Source: Rhodobacterales bacterium (GTDB lineage: Bacteria; Pseudomonadota; Alphaproteobacteria; Rhodobacterales; Rhodobacteraceae). Taken from it: a DNA stretch of 64,000 nucleotides. Position numbers and translations under genes: made by a program. Under the pieces are notes generated by a model, which saw only the letters and a program-made list of their open reading frames with translations, made no database searches and was not told the origin of the DNA. How positions within the stretch are numbered: the first letter of the stretch is position 1; every line of letters begins with the position of its first letter. The stretch spans positions 491-64,490 of the forward strand of contig JBBQVR010000001.1 of the NCBI GenBank assembly GCA_038211355.1, in the 5' to 3' direction. Below, piece by piece: positions 46,488-56,178 of the stretch.

Positions 46488-47896
46488 TACAGGGTCCTCA
46501 GGTTCAGCATTGCGGGAAGGGCAGCCAGCACAGCGCGCGCGCCCTGGCCTGCGCCACCTTTCGGGCGGGCAGGCTGGTCGGCGGGGGTGTGGCCATAGAT
46601 GTCAAAGTGGATGTAGCGCGGGACATCGACAAAGCGGCGCAGGAACAGCGCCGCCGTGATTGATCCGGCAAAGCCAAAGCCCGGCGCATTGTCCAGGTCG
46701 GCAATTCCGGGTTCGATCACCGGCTCATAGGCGTCGTGGAACGGCAGGCGCCAGACAGGGTCGCAGCCCGCCACAGCCCCCGCCTCCAACGCGGCGACAA
46801 GGCCGGGATCGTCGGTGTAATAGGGGGCAAGGTCCGGCCCCACCGCCACCCGTGCAGCCCCGGTCAGCGTCGCCATCGAGATCACAAGATCCGCCTCTTC
46901 CTCACAGGCCAGGGCCAGCGCGTCGGCCAGCACAAGGCGGCCCTCGGCGTCGGTGTCGTTCACCTCAACCGTAAGGCCCTTGCGGCTGGTCAGGATATCC
47001 TTTGGTTTCAGGGCATTGCCTGCAATCACATTCTCAACCGCAGGGATCAGCACGCGCAGCCGCAAGGGCAGGTTCAGCGCCATGATCATCTGCGCCAGCC
47101 CAAGCACGGTGGCAGCACCACCCATGTCCTTTTTCATCAGGTTCATGCCGGAGGAGGGCTTGAGGTTCAGCCCCCCGGTGTCAAAGCACACCCCCTTGCC
47201 AACCAGCGTCAGCGCCGGGCCATCCGTGCCCCAGCGCATGTCCAAAAGGCGTGGCGCGCGCGGGCTGGCGCGGCCCACCGCGTGGATCATCGGAAAGTTC
47301 TGGTCCAACAGCGCATCGCCCACAATCGCGCGGGTCTTGGCGCCAAAGCGGGCGGCCAGCGCCATGAACGCGGCCTCAAGCTCATCCGGGCCCATGTCTT
47401 GCGCAGGGGTGTTGATCAGGTCGCGGGTCAGCGCCTCACCCTCTGCCATGGCGATCAGCCGGGCGGCATTCACGCCTTCAGGACAGACCAGCGTGGGCAG
47501 AACCGCCGCCTTGCGCCCCGGGCGATAGCGGTCAAAGCGGTAGCCTGCCAGCAGCCAGCCAAGCGCGGCCTCACCCCGTTCCGCAACCGTCAGGTCGCCG
47601 GTCAGGGCCCAGTTTCCTGCCGGCAGGCTGGCGACGGCCTTTGCCAGCCCGAACCGCACCCGCCGCCGCGCCTGCGCATTGCCAAGCCCGACCACGCCCG
47701 CTGTCACTGCACCCTGTGCATCCGGCAAGGCGCGCGCATCGCCCAGACCCGCTTCAAATCCGGTGGCGGTCAGCCACTGCGCCCATTGCGCCCCGGGTCC
47801 GGCCAGAAACGCGGCCAGATCTTCGGCCCGGATGGTGAAAAGCGCGCGCGCCGGGGCGGTCGGGCTGGCAAAGGCAAATCGGGTGGCAGCGGTCAT
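46487..47896 (-). CDS. Leucyl aminopeptidase family (M17)
   Basis: LVGKGVCFDTGG, MKKDMGGAA, ENV, NDTDAEGRL, ATLTGA. Confidence 0.93.
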   Translation of the reverse strand: MTAATRFAFASPTAPARALFTIRAEDLAAFLAGPGAQWAQWLTATGFEAGLGDARALPDAQGAVTAGVVGLGNAQARRRVRFGLAKAVASLPAGNWALTGDLTVAERGEAALGWLLAGYRFDRYRPGRKAAVLPTLVCPEGVNAARLIAMAEGEALTRDLINTPAQDMGPDELEAAFMALAARFGAKTRAIVGDALLDQNFPMIHAVGRASPRAPRLLDMRWGTDGPALTLVGKGVCFDTGGLNLKPSSGMNLMKKDMGGAATVLGLAQMIMALNLPLRLRVLIPAVENVIAGNALKPKDILTSRKGLTVEVNDTDAEGRLVLADALALACEEEADLVISMATLTGAARVAVGPDLAPYYTDDPGLVAALEAGAVAGCDPVWRLPFHDAYEPVIEPGIADLDNAPGFGFAGSITAALFLRRFVDVPRYIHFDIYGHTPADQPARPKGGAGQGARAVLAALPAMLNLRTL

Positions 47897-48165
47897 GTTT
47901 GGGTCAATCGCTAAAGTCACATTGGGCCATGATCTTGGTGTCATCACCCCCCAGTGAAAGAGGAATTCCCCGCAGCGCAAGCTTGCCATGCCGGGGCACA
48001 CCTAGTTTTGCACCAATTTCCCCGGATTGCGGCAATTGGCCGCCGCGTGGCACTCAAGCCCGTTAATCAAGGACTACTCAGGATGGTTGGAATTTCGATA
48101 ATCACAACCAATGCTTGTATCGTCACATGATTCGTCCGGCCGACCAGACCCCCCGCACCGATGCC

Positions 48166-48546
48166 CTATCCTGACTGATCCGCCAGCCCGTGATCTGGCG
48201 AAAGTGACCGTTCCGCGACCCGCAAAAGCCGCGCCCAGACGGCTGAAAAGGCCGTACCATCCGCCCGCTCAAGGCAGGTTTGCGCGTCACCGGACACCTT
48301 GGCCAGGCTGACAAGGCCGATGTCATCGGCCAGCCGTCGCAGCCGCGCCAGTTGGCGCGCCACATCGCGCAGGTCTTGCGCCTTCACCTTTTCCACGATG
48401 CCCGCCATCGTCAGCGCCAGGTCCCCCAGCGCGCGCGTCACCACCTGTTCAGCGGTTGGGGCACCCAGATTGCGGTAGATTTCCGCCACCGCCTCAACGT
48501 TCTGACGGACCACCTCATGTGGTCGCAGCACGGCCACTTCTGTCAT
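48166..48546 (-). CDS. Hypothetical helical protein (possibly degenerate HPt fold)
   Basis: Amphipathic helices; LARLRRLADDIGLVSL resembles HPt helices but lacks His at the expected position. Confidence 0.6.
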   Translation of the reverse strand: MTEVAVLRPHEVVRQNVEAVAEIYRNLGAPTAEQVVTRALGDLALTMAGIVEKVKAQDLRDVARQLARLRRLADDIGLVSLAKVSGDAQTCLERADGTAFSAVWARLLRVAERSLSPDHGLADQSG

Positions 48547-48708
48547 TTCAACACCCGATCATCCAACACTACCCGGCTCTGATCCTGAGGGCGCATGCTG
48601 AAGAAATGGTTGCCTTCCCCCCGGTATCTGCGGGAATTGCCTCTCGAATTTACATTGAATGCCGCATAGGCAGGGGGCTGTGACAAAGGCCCCTGACCAA
48701 GGACGCTG

Positions 48709-49359
48709 ATGATGACTGAGATCCGCCCCCTGCCAACCTATCTGGTCCAGCGCTTTCACGGCTGGCGCGCCACCACCTATCAGGACAACCGCGCCTGGTA
48801 TCGGCGGCTGGCAACCAGCGGCCAGCATCCGCGCGCCATGGTGATTTCCTGCTGCGACAGCCGGGTGCATGTGACCAGCATCTTTGGCGCGGATGAGGGG
48901 GAGTTCTTCATTCACCGCAACGTGGCCAATCTGGTGCCGCCCTATAATCCGGATGGCGAATACCACGGCACCTCGGCGGCGGTGGAGTATGCCGTCAGCA
49001 GCCTGGGGGTGGCGCATATCGTGGTGCTGGGCCATTCCAACTGCGGCGGGGTGAAGGGCTGCCATGACATGTGCCTGGGCCACGCGCCGGAACTTGAGGC
49101 GAAGTCCAGCTTTGTGGGCCGCTGGATGGATATCCTGCGCCCCGGTTTCCAGACTGTCGCCCACCTGCCCGAGGATCAGATCTTGCAAGCCCTGGAAAAG
49201 CAGGCGGTGTTGATCAGCCTGGCGAACCTGCTGACCTTTCCTTTTGTGCGCACAGCGGTTGAGGATGACCGCCTGACGCTGCATGGCCTGTGGACCGACA
49301 CCGGCGAAGGCGGGCTGGAGCAGTATGAACCGGTGCGGGACGGGTTTGTTCCGGTCTAG
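48709..49359 (+). CDS. Beta-class carbonic anhydrase
   Basis: ISCCDSRV, HRNVANLV, VLGHSNCGG. Confidence 0.95.
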   Translation: MMTEIRPLPTYLVQRFHGWRATTYQDNRAWYRRLATSGQHPRAMVISCCDSRVHVTSIFGADEGEFFIHRNVANLVPPYNPDGEYHGTSAAVEYAVSSLGVAHIVVLGHSNCGGVKGCHDMCLGHAPELEAKSSFVGRWMDILRPGFQTVAHLPEDQILQALEKQAVLISLANLLTFPFVRTAVEDDRLTLHGLWTDTGEGGLEQYEPVRDGFVPV

Positions 49360-49457
49360 CTGGCTGGTGCGGGTGCAATGTCGGTGGCCGTGACCCAGGT
49401 GCCGGGCCAAGGCGCACCGGGGGAGCTGCACGGGGGGACCTGCAAGGGGGGCCCGGA

Positions 49458-51086
49458 TCAGCGCAGGATCATCCCCTCGGGCCAGCTTAGCTTGTGTTCA
49501 AGGGTGATCGTCGCTTTGCCGCCGGCGGGAAGGTCCATCTCCCATGCAAGGATGCCGCGCTGGCCGTCGACATCGGTTTCTGTCGGGGCGGGGGTAGCGG
49601 TGACCTCAACCTCAAGATCATCCTGTTCGCTGTAGGGCACCTGATCCAGCAGGCGCACTGGCCAGGCTTCATCCCCGGTATTCTCGACCGTGATGACGGC
49701 GCTTTCGCTGCGTTCGTTTGAGGTGGTGAAAACCCCGGTTTCACCTTCGGCCGCCACAAGCATCTCACGCTTGATGCGCAGGGTTTCCAGCGCCCCGAAG
49801 GCGACATCGGTTTCAACCCCCGGCGCGATCACGTCCAGCCAGATGGTGCCGACCAGAACGCCTTCGCGAAAGAGCATCGCTTCACCGGGAAGCAGGGGCT
49901 CGTCGCTGGCGTTGGTGAAGCTGGCCATGACAAAGGCGGTGCGGTCGATGCGCGGGACGGCCACGGCCTTGACCACCGGGGTGAAGGCCAGACTGTCCAG
50001 CGCAAGCCGCAGGTCTTCTGCGCCAGAGGCGACGGTGACAGGGGTTGGATAGCGGTAGACGACGGTATCCCCCTCAACCCCGGCGGCGGCGGTGATCGGG
50101 GCGGGGGCGGCTTCCAGCAGCATATCGGACATCTCGGACTCAACCGCGCCCAGACTTTTGCGCCGAAGATCCTCGTCTTCAAGTTCGGCGCCAATGCTGC
50201 GCAATTCAGGCCAAAGGGTTGACGGTGCCGCCTGCTGGCTGGGGGCGGAGGAGGACAGGGTCAGCGCCACCCCTGACCAATCCTCACCCGTATACTGCGT
50301 CACAAGAACCGACCGGCCAATCGCCAGCGCATCGTCACCGTCGCGCGTCAGGTTCAGGTCGTAGAACGGCCGCCAGCTGGCCCCGCGGATGTACTGGGTG
50401 ACAGTGACGGTCTGTTCCCCTGCGGCAGCGGCTGTGACGGCAACAGACAGCGCGGTATAGGCCATATCGGCCGAGGGCAGCGCATCATAGGCGGCGCGGG
50501 CCTTTGCCAGCGCCTCTTGCGCTTCGACCAGCGCCTTTTGCGCCGGGAAAAGGTCAGCGCGGGCGGCAAGGGCGGCCTGCCGCGCGGCAAGGGTCTCGGT
50601 GCCGATCATGGCGGCCATGGCCTTGATGCTGTCGGGCGTCGCGGCATCCGGCAGCGCCCCGGTGAAGGACGACAGAAAGCGCACCTGTGCCTCAGCCGCA
50701 TCCACGCGGGCCTGCACGGCGTCAAGGGCCAGGATGGCAGTTTGTTCGCCGGCCTCTAGCTGCTCAACCTTGATCTTGGCGGCCTGTTGGTCGGGGGTCA
50801 GCGGGTCTTCGCGTGGCGGCAGGCGGTCATCGCGCAAGGTGAAGGCACCAAGCTGCAGGCCATCGCCGGGGGCGATCTGGATCAGGCCGGGGTCGCTGTC
50901 GGCGGGCAGATCGGTGACCAAAAGGTCATGCGTGCCGGGGCTGGGGGCGGCAAAGACTACCTCTCGCGTCAGTTTCGCGCCTTCGGGGTAGACGGTGACG
51001 GCGGTGATCCGGCTGGTGGCGGGCAGTGTGTCGGCCAGCGCTGGCAGGGCAGTCGAGGCAAGGAGAACGGTCAACAGAGCGCGCAT
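49458..51086 (-). CDS. DUF4140/DUF4139 (MuiA-like, TIGR02231-type) secreted protein
   Basis: Signal peptide (PALA|D); ITAVTVYPEGAKLTR, coiled coil, ASWRPFYD, QYTGEDWSGVALTLSS, DQVPYS. Confidence 0.8.
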   Translation of the reverse strand: MRALLTVLLASTALPALADTLPATSRITAVTVYPEGAKLTREVVFAAPSPGTHDLLVTDLPADSDPGLIQIAPGDGLQLGAFTLRDDRLPPREDPLTPDQQAAKIKVEQLEAGEQTAILALDAVQARVDAAEAQVRFLSSFTGALPDAATPDSIKAMAAMIGTETLAARQAALAARADLFPAQKALVEAQEALAKARAAYDALPSADMAYTALSVAVTAAAAGEQTVTVTQYIRGASWRPFYDLNLTRDGDDALAIGRSVLVTQYTGEDWSGVALTLSSSAPSQQAAPSTLWPELRSIGAELEDEDLRRKSLGAVESEMSDMLLEAAPAPITAAAGVEGDTVVYRYPTPVTVASGAEDLRLALDSLAFTPVVKAVAVPRIDRTAFVMASFTNASDEPLLPGEAMLFREGVLVGTIWLDVIAPGVETDVAFGALETLRIKREMLVAAEGETGVFTTSNERSESAVITVENTGDEAWPVRLLDQVPYSEQDDLEVEVTATPAPTETDVDGQRGILAWEMDLPAGGKATITLEHKLSWPEGMILR

Positions 51087-51214
51087 GAACGGGGCCTTTC
51101 GGGCTGGAGCTGGCAGCAAGCTAGGGCCGGCCTGCGCGGCCAGGCAAGTCAGCGAAACCCACCCCGGGGGCGCGCCAAGGGCGATGCACCCTGCCGCGTC
51201 AAAGCCACCAGGTC

Positions 51215-52267
51215 CTAGTTCACCATCGGCATGGCGATCAGGATTTGCAGGTCCTGCATTGGGGTAAAGTCGGTCTTTTCCATCACGAATGTCGTGGGCC
51301 CGGTCTTCGTGATCCCGTCCGCGCAAAGCGACAGGATGTTGCGCACATCGCCCTTGTCGATGGTCAGCTTGAACCGGCCGATCGGCCCGGCCCAGCTGTT
51401 GGCGGTGCGCAGGACATAGGCGATGTTCCATGACATCCCCATCGAATAAGGCTCACCAGCATCTTCTGGCGTCTGCGTCAGCGCCTTGACCAGCCCTTTT
51501 GAGGTGCCCTCATCGATGCAATACTGATCGACGGTGTATTGCTGATAGTCCTCGGGTGGGTGCGACCAGCCGAAAATGCCCCCGCCCGACCGGTTCTCAT
51601 ACGCATGGCTGATCTGCATGACCTTGCCGGCGGGGAAGGTCTGGGTCCAGTGATAGCGCAGGACAATGGACCAGTTGGGGTAGGCATAGCCTTCGGAAAA
51701 CTCAGCCAGGCCAAGGCTGGCAGCCTCATCGCGCTGGGCAGGCGTCAGGGCGGCCATGGCGGCGATCACGGTTTCGGCGTTCAGCGACAGCGGCAATCCA
51801 AGGCGGGCCATGTCAGCCGTCACATCCCGACCGGGGGTATCATACTGCTCCGAGAGGGGGCGGGCCTCATCATAAGGCGGCTCAACCACGGCAATCCGGT
51901 CAATCGTCAGGGTGACCGGCGCCCCATCGACCGTGGCGGTGAAATTGACAAGGTTCGGGCGGTCAGGGTCTTCGGGCAGGTTCCACTGGCTTTCCAGAAT
52001 GAAACCCACATGGACCGGGGGCAGGGGGAAGATCACCTCACCCGTCACATCGGCGCTGGTGGTGTTGCGGAAGGTGTAATCGACGGTGATGCGGTCGATC
52101 CCGATGAAAAGATCCTCTTTCTCCATCGCGATGGCGTCGGTCTGGCTGAAGGTCAGGCCGGTGGCGGACAGGCCGCCAAAGCCGTCATTGGCAAAGGCCG
52201 GGGGGGCAAAGGCCGGGGGGGCAAGGGTGGCGGTGGCCAAAAGGGCAAGAGCCGGGAAAAGCCGCAT
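51215..52267 (-). CDS. DUF4424-like secreted protein
   Basis: Signal peptide; EKEDLFIGIDRITVDYTFRN, YVLRTANSWAGPIGRFKL. Confidence 0.7.
   Translation of the reverse strand: MRLFPALALLATATLAPPAFAPPAFANDGFGGLSATGLTFSQTDAIAMEKEDLFIGIDRITVDYTFRNTTSADVTGEVIFPLPPVHVGFILESQWNLPEDPDRPNLVNFTATVDGAPVTLTIDRIAVVEPPYDEARPLSEQYDTPGRDVTADMARLGLPLSLNAETVIAAMAALTPAQRDEAASLGLAEFSEGYAYPNWSIVLRYHWTQTFPAGKVMQISHAYENRSGGGIFGWSHPPEDYQQYTVDQYCIDEGTSKGLVKALTQTPEDAGEPYSMGMSWNIAYVLRTANSWAGPIGRFKLTIDKGDVRNILSLCADGITKTGPTTFVMEKTDFTPMQDLQILIAMPMVN
52191..52220. repeat. 15-bp tandem duplication in a signal peptide (PPAFA x2)
   Basis: GCAAAGGCCGGGGGG repeated twice. Confidence 0.75.
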
Positions 52268-52401
52268 GAAATCCTCCGACAGGGCAATGACGGCATCTGA
52301 CGCCTTGAGAGGGATTCCCGCAAGTGGGGTGTTGCACCTGCCAAGGGGCGCTGCGACAAGGCTGGTCGGCCTTGCTTTGGCCAACCTTGGGAGGGGTATG
52401 C

Positions 52402-53571
52402 ATGCGGGTCGGACTTGCGGCGCTAGTCTGCGGCTATCTTCTAAGCCAGTTTTACCGCGCCTTTCTGGCGGTGCTGTCCCCGGTCCTGCAGACCGAGCTT
52501 GGGGCGACGGCGGCAGACCTTGCCAATGCATCGGGCTGGTGGTTCCTGGCCTTTGCGGCTGTGCAACTGCCCATCGGCGTGGCGCTGGATCGCCACGGCC
52601 CCCGGCGGACGGCAGGGGGGCTGATGCTGGTCGGGGCGGCGGGGGCGGCGCTGTTTGCGCAGGCCAGTGCGCCGTGGCAGCTGAACGTGGCGATGGCGCT
52701 GATCGGGGTGGGCTGCGCGCCGGTGCTGATGGCCTGCTACTACATCTTTGCCCGCAGCTATTCGCCGGCGCTGTTCGGCACGCTGGCCGGGGTGACGATC
52801 GGCGTAGGCTCGCTGGGCAATGTGGCCGCGTCGCTGCCCCTGTCGGCCGCGGTCGAGGTGTTGGGCTGGCGCGGCGCGGTCTGGGGGCTGGCGGGGTTCA
52901 CCGCGGTGGTGGCGCTGGCAATCCTGGCGCTGGTGCGCGACCCGCCAAGCCTTGGGCGTGAGGAACGCGGGTCCCTGATGGACCTTTTGCGGATGCCCGC
53001 AATCTGGCCGATCCTGGCGATGATGACGGTCTGCTACATGCCGGTTGCGGGCCTGCGGGGGCTTTGGGTCGGGCCATACTTCGCGGATGTGCATGGTTAT
53101 GGCGCGGGGCAGATCGGCCAGATCAGCCTGTGGATGGGTCTGGCGATGGTGGCGGGCAACTTCGCCTACGGGCCGCTGGACCGCTGGGTTGGCAGCCGGA
53201 AATGGGTGATCTTCACCGGCAACGCGCTGACGGTGCTATGCCTGCTGGGCCTGTGGGCCTTTGCGGGTGGGCAACCGGCGGTGGCGGCGGGCCTTCTGGT
53301 GGCGGCGGGGCTGTTCGGGGCCAGCTTTCCGATGGTCGTGGCGCATGGCCGCGCCTTCATTCCTGCGCACATGATGGGGCGGGGGGTGACGCTTCTGAAC
53401 CTGTTCGGCATCGCGCCCATCGGCCTTGCCCAGATCATTACCGGGCGCATCCATGCGGCCACCCCGGCGGACCCCGCCACCGCGCCCTATCAGGCGGTGT
53501 TCCTGTTCTTTGCCGTCACCACGGCCATCGGGCTGGCGGTCTACCTGATGTCACGCGACCGCACCGACTGA
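52402..53571 (+). CDS. MFS transporter
   Basis: GVALDRHGPRR motif A; 12 TM; GGAGGGG RBS before the ATG. Confidence 0.85.
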   Translation: MRVGLAALVCGYLLSQFYRAFLAVLSPVLQTELGATAADLANASGWWFLAFAAVQLPIGVALDRHGPRRTAGGLMLVGAAGAALFAQASAPWQLNVAMALIGVGCAPVLMACYYIFARSYSPALFGTLAGVTIGVGSLGNVAASLPLSAAVEVLGWRGAVWGLAGFTAVVALAILALVRDPPSLGREERGSLMDLLRMPAIWPILAMMTVCYMPVAGLRGLWVGPYFADVHGYGAGQIGQISLWMGLAMVAGNFAYGPLDRWVGSRKWVIFTGNALTVLCLLGLWAFAGGQPAVAAGLLVAAGLFGASFPMVVAHGRAFIPAHMMGRGVTLLNLFGIAPIGLAQIITGRIHAATPADPATAPYQAVFLFFAVTTAIGLAVYLMSRDRTD

Positions 53572-53663
53572 CGACAGGACGTACGGGCCCCCCTTCCCCC
53601 CGGCCCGCCCTTGGGATAACAGGCCCTGTCCCGAAGGTCGGGGCTGACACAAGGAGAACCCCG

Positions 53664-54686
53664 ATGGGCTACAAGGTCGTCGTCGCGGGTGCCACGGGTA
53701 ACGTGGGCCGCGAAATGCTGAACATCCTGGCGGAGCGTGAGTTCCCGGTGGACCAGATCACTGCGCTTGCCTCGCGCAAGTCGCTGGGAACCGAGGTCAG
53801 CTTTGGCGACAAGACCTTGAAATGCAAGGATCTGGAAACGTTCGATTTCACTGGCTGGGACATTGCGCTGTTCGCCATCGGATCGGATGCGACCAAGATC
53901 TATGCCCCCCGGGCCGCCGCTGCGGGCTGCGTCGTCATCGATAACTCCAGCCTCTACCGCTATGATCCTGATGTGCCGCTGATCGTGCCAGAGGTGAACG
54001 CGGACGCGATCTTTGGCTACACGAAAAAGAACATTATCGCGAACCCCAACTGTTCCACCGCGCAGATGGTGGTGGCGCTGAAGCCGCTCCATGACCGCGC
54101 GACGATCAAGCGGGTGGTGGTGGCAACCTACCAGTCGGTCAGCGGTGCGGGCAAGGAAGGGATGGATGAGCTTTGGGATCAGACCAAGGCCGTCTACAAC
54201 CCGGTACAGGAAGTGCCGCCGAAGAAGTTCCAAAAGCAGATTGCCTTCAACGTGATCCCGCAGATCGACGTGTTCCTGGACTCGGGCGAGACCAAGGAAG
54301 AATGGAAGATGGTGGCGGAAACGAAGAAGATCCTCGACACCAAGATCAAGGTCACCGCGACCTGCGTGCGGGTGCCGGTCTTCGTCGGCCACTCGGAAGC
54401 CATCAACATCGAGTTTGAAGAGTTCCTGGATTGGCAGGAAGCCCAGGACATCCTGCGCGAAGCGCCGGGGATCATGCTGATCGACAAGCGCGAACCGGGT
54501 GGCTACATCACCCCGATCGAATGTGTGGGCGAATATGCGACCTATATCAGCCGGGTCCGGCAGGACAGCACCATCGACAACGGGCTGTCGCTGTGGTGCG
54601 TGTCCGACAATCTGCGCAAAGGGGCCGCGCTGAACGCGGTGCAGATTGCGGAACTTCTGGGCCAGAAGTGCCTGAAAAAGGGCTAA
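53664..54686 (+). CDS. asd: Aspartate-semialdehyde dehydrogenase
   Basis: VAGATGNVG, IDNSS, ANPNCSTAQ, TYQSVSGAG, TCVRVPV, SDNLRKGAALN. Confidence 0.97.
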   Translation: MGYKVVVAGATGNVGREMLNILAEREFPVDQITALASRKSLGTEVSFGDKTLKCKDLETFDFTGWDIALFAIGSDATKIYAPRAAAAGCVVIDNSSLYRYDPDVPLIVPEVNADAIFGYTKKNIIANPNCSTAQMVVALKPLHDRATIKRVVVATYQSVSGAGKEGMDELWDQTKAVYNPVQEVPPKKFQKQIAFNVIPQIDVFLDSGETKEEWKMVAETKKILDTKIKVTATCVRVPVFVGHSEAINIEFEEFLDWQEAQDILREAPGIMLIDKREPGGYITPIECVGEYATYISRVRQDSTIDNGLSLWCVSDNLRKGAALNAVQIAELLGQKCLKKG

Positions 54687-54692
54687 CGGCTT

Positions 54693-54717
54693 GCAGGCGG
54701 CGGATCACGCCGCCTGC
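54693..54717. terminator. Hairpin between convergent asd and MFS genes
   Basis: GCAGGCGGCG-gatca-CGCCGCCTGC. Confidence 0.6.
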
Positions 54718-55952
54718 GCCACCATCGGACGTTCCCGGATTGGCAGGTGAACGATCGCGCTGAAGGCACCAACGCCGACGCCGATCCACCAGACCAGCGT
54801 GTAATCGCCGTTCAGGTCATACATCTTCCCCCCCAGCCAGACCCCCAGAAACCCGCCGATCTGGTGGCTTAGGAACACAAACCCATAAAGCGTGCCCATG
54901 TAGCGGATGCCGTAGATATGCGCGACCAACCCGCTGGTCAGCGGCACCGTGGCCAGCCACAGCGACCCCATCACAGCCGAGAACACCAGCACGCTGACCG
55001 GCGTGATCGGCATCAGGATGAACACCGCCGCCGCGATGGTGCGCCCGACATAGATCCCGAACAGCAGGTATTTCTTGGTATAGCGCTTGCCCAGCCAGCC
55101 CGCGTAAAGCGTGCCTGCGATGTTGAAGAACCCGATCACCGCGATGCTTACGGCCCCAAGGGCCGAGGTCGTGGTCACCCCGATCCCGGCCAGCATCCCG
55201 TTGGGGTCTATCGGGCCGCAAAGCTCGGTCACGAAGGCGGGGAAGTGGGCGGTGATGAAGGCCAGCTGATAGCCGCAGGAAAAGAAGCCAAGGAAGATCA
55301 GAGTATAGGTCGGGTCCTTGAAGGCGCGGACCAGGACGGTGCCCAGCGATTCCTCCAGTTCCTGCCGTGATGCCAGCTTGGGGCTGCGCAGGAATGGCAG
55401 CGCAAAGAGCGTGAGCAAGATCACCACGGCGAAGATCACGAAAACTGATTGCCAGGGCATGAACCGCATCAGCCATTCGGCTGTCGGTGCGCCAAAGACC
55501 TGACCGGCAGACCCGGCAGCGGTTGCGATACCCAGGGACATCGACCGGTTCTCTGCGCTGGTCGCGCGGCCAACGATGGCAAGGATCACGCCAAACCCGG
55601 TGCCCGCGATGCCGAATCCCACCAGAATCGCCAGCAGCTGATGCTGCCCCGGCGTCACCGCGTAAGATGACAGCACCAGCCCCGCCGCATACAGGATCGC
55701 ACCGCAGATGATCGCCTTGCGGTCACCAAAGCGTTCTGCCAGCGCGCCAAAGATCGGCTGGCCGATCCCCCAGGCCAGGTTCTGGATCGCAATCGCCATG
55801 GAAAAGTCGGCGCGTAGCCAGCCAAACTCCGCGGCGATGGGGATCTGGAACACGCCAAAGCTGGCGCGGACGGCAAAGGAAAACATCAAGATGACGCAGC
55901 CCGCGATCAAGACCGGTGTCAGAAGTGGTGTCTTGGTCATCGGTTGCCTCAT
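54705..55952 (-). CDS. MFS transporter
   Basis: GALAERFGDRK; 12 TM; HQIGGFLG. Confidence 0.85.
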   Translation of the reverse strand: MRQPMTKTPLLTPVLIAGCVILMFSFAVRASFGVFQIPIAAEFGWLRADFSMAIAIQNLAWGIGQPIFGALAERFGDRKAIICGAILYAAGLVLSSYAVTPGQHQLLAILVGFGIAGTGFGVILAIVGRATSAENRSMSLGIATAAGSAGQVFGAPTAEWLMRFMPWQSVFVIFAVVILLTLFALPFLRSPKLASRQELEESLGTVLVRAFKDPTYTLIFLGFFSCGYQLAFITAHFPAFVTELCGPIDPNGMLAGIGVTTTSALGAVSIAVIGFFNIAGTLYAGWLGKRYTKKYLLFGIYVGRTIAAAVFILMPITPVSVLVFSAVMGSLWLATVPLTSGLVAHIYGIRYMGTLYGFVFLSHQIGGFLGVWLGGKMYDLNGDYTLVWWIGVGVGAFSAIVHLPIRERPMVAQAA

Positions 55953-56130
55953 GGGTCAGGCGCGGAAGGTGCGCCGGGCGGCCGGGTGCGTCAATTGAAG
56001 AATTGTGATGGATAGAGCGCGGGCGCGGATGCCCGTTTCCTGCGCAGCCCGTGGCGGAAGTGCCGCAAGGCAGGCGTTTTGGCTGGCGGGGCTTTTGTGG
56101 ATAGGGTCCAGTGGCTATTGGCGCTTGGGG

Positions 56131-56156
56131 GGCGTGGGCACTATTGCCCACCCTAC
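56131..56156 (-). repeat. GTAG-type REP element
   Basis: Minus strand GTAG-GGTGGGCA-atag-TGCCCACGCC; second copy at 57804-57828. Confidence 0.75.
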
Positions 56157-56178
56157 GGCGCTGGGGCGGGAGGATCGG

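Noticed and set aside
47897-48165. Small RNA or small ORF (48111-48311) in the AT-richer gap after the M17 gene
   Set aside because: No recognisable RNA family, terminator or RBS; it is adequately explained as promoter and terminator space.
48681-48695. TGACAAA upstream of the carbonic anhydrase (also 34171 and 37545) as extra regulon sites
   Set aside because: The second half-site GT(C/T)A is absent, and two of the three lie inside CDSs.
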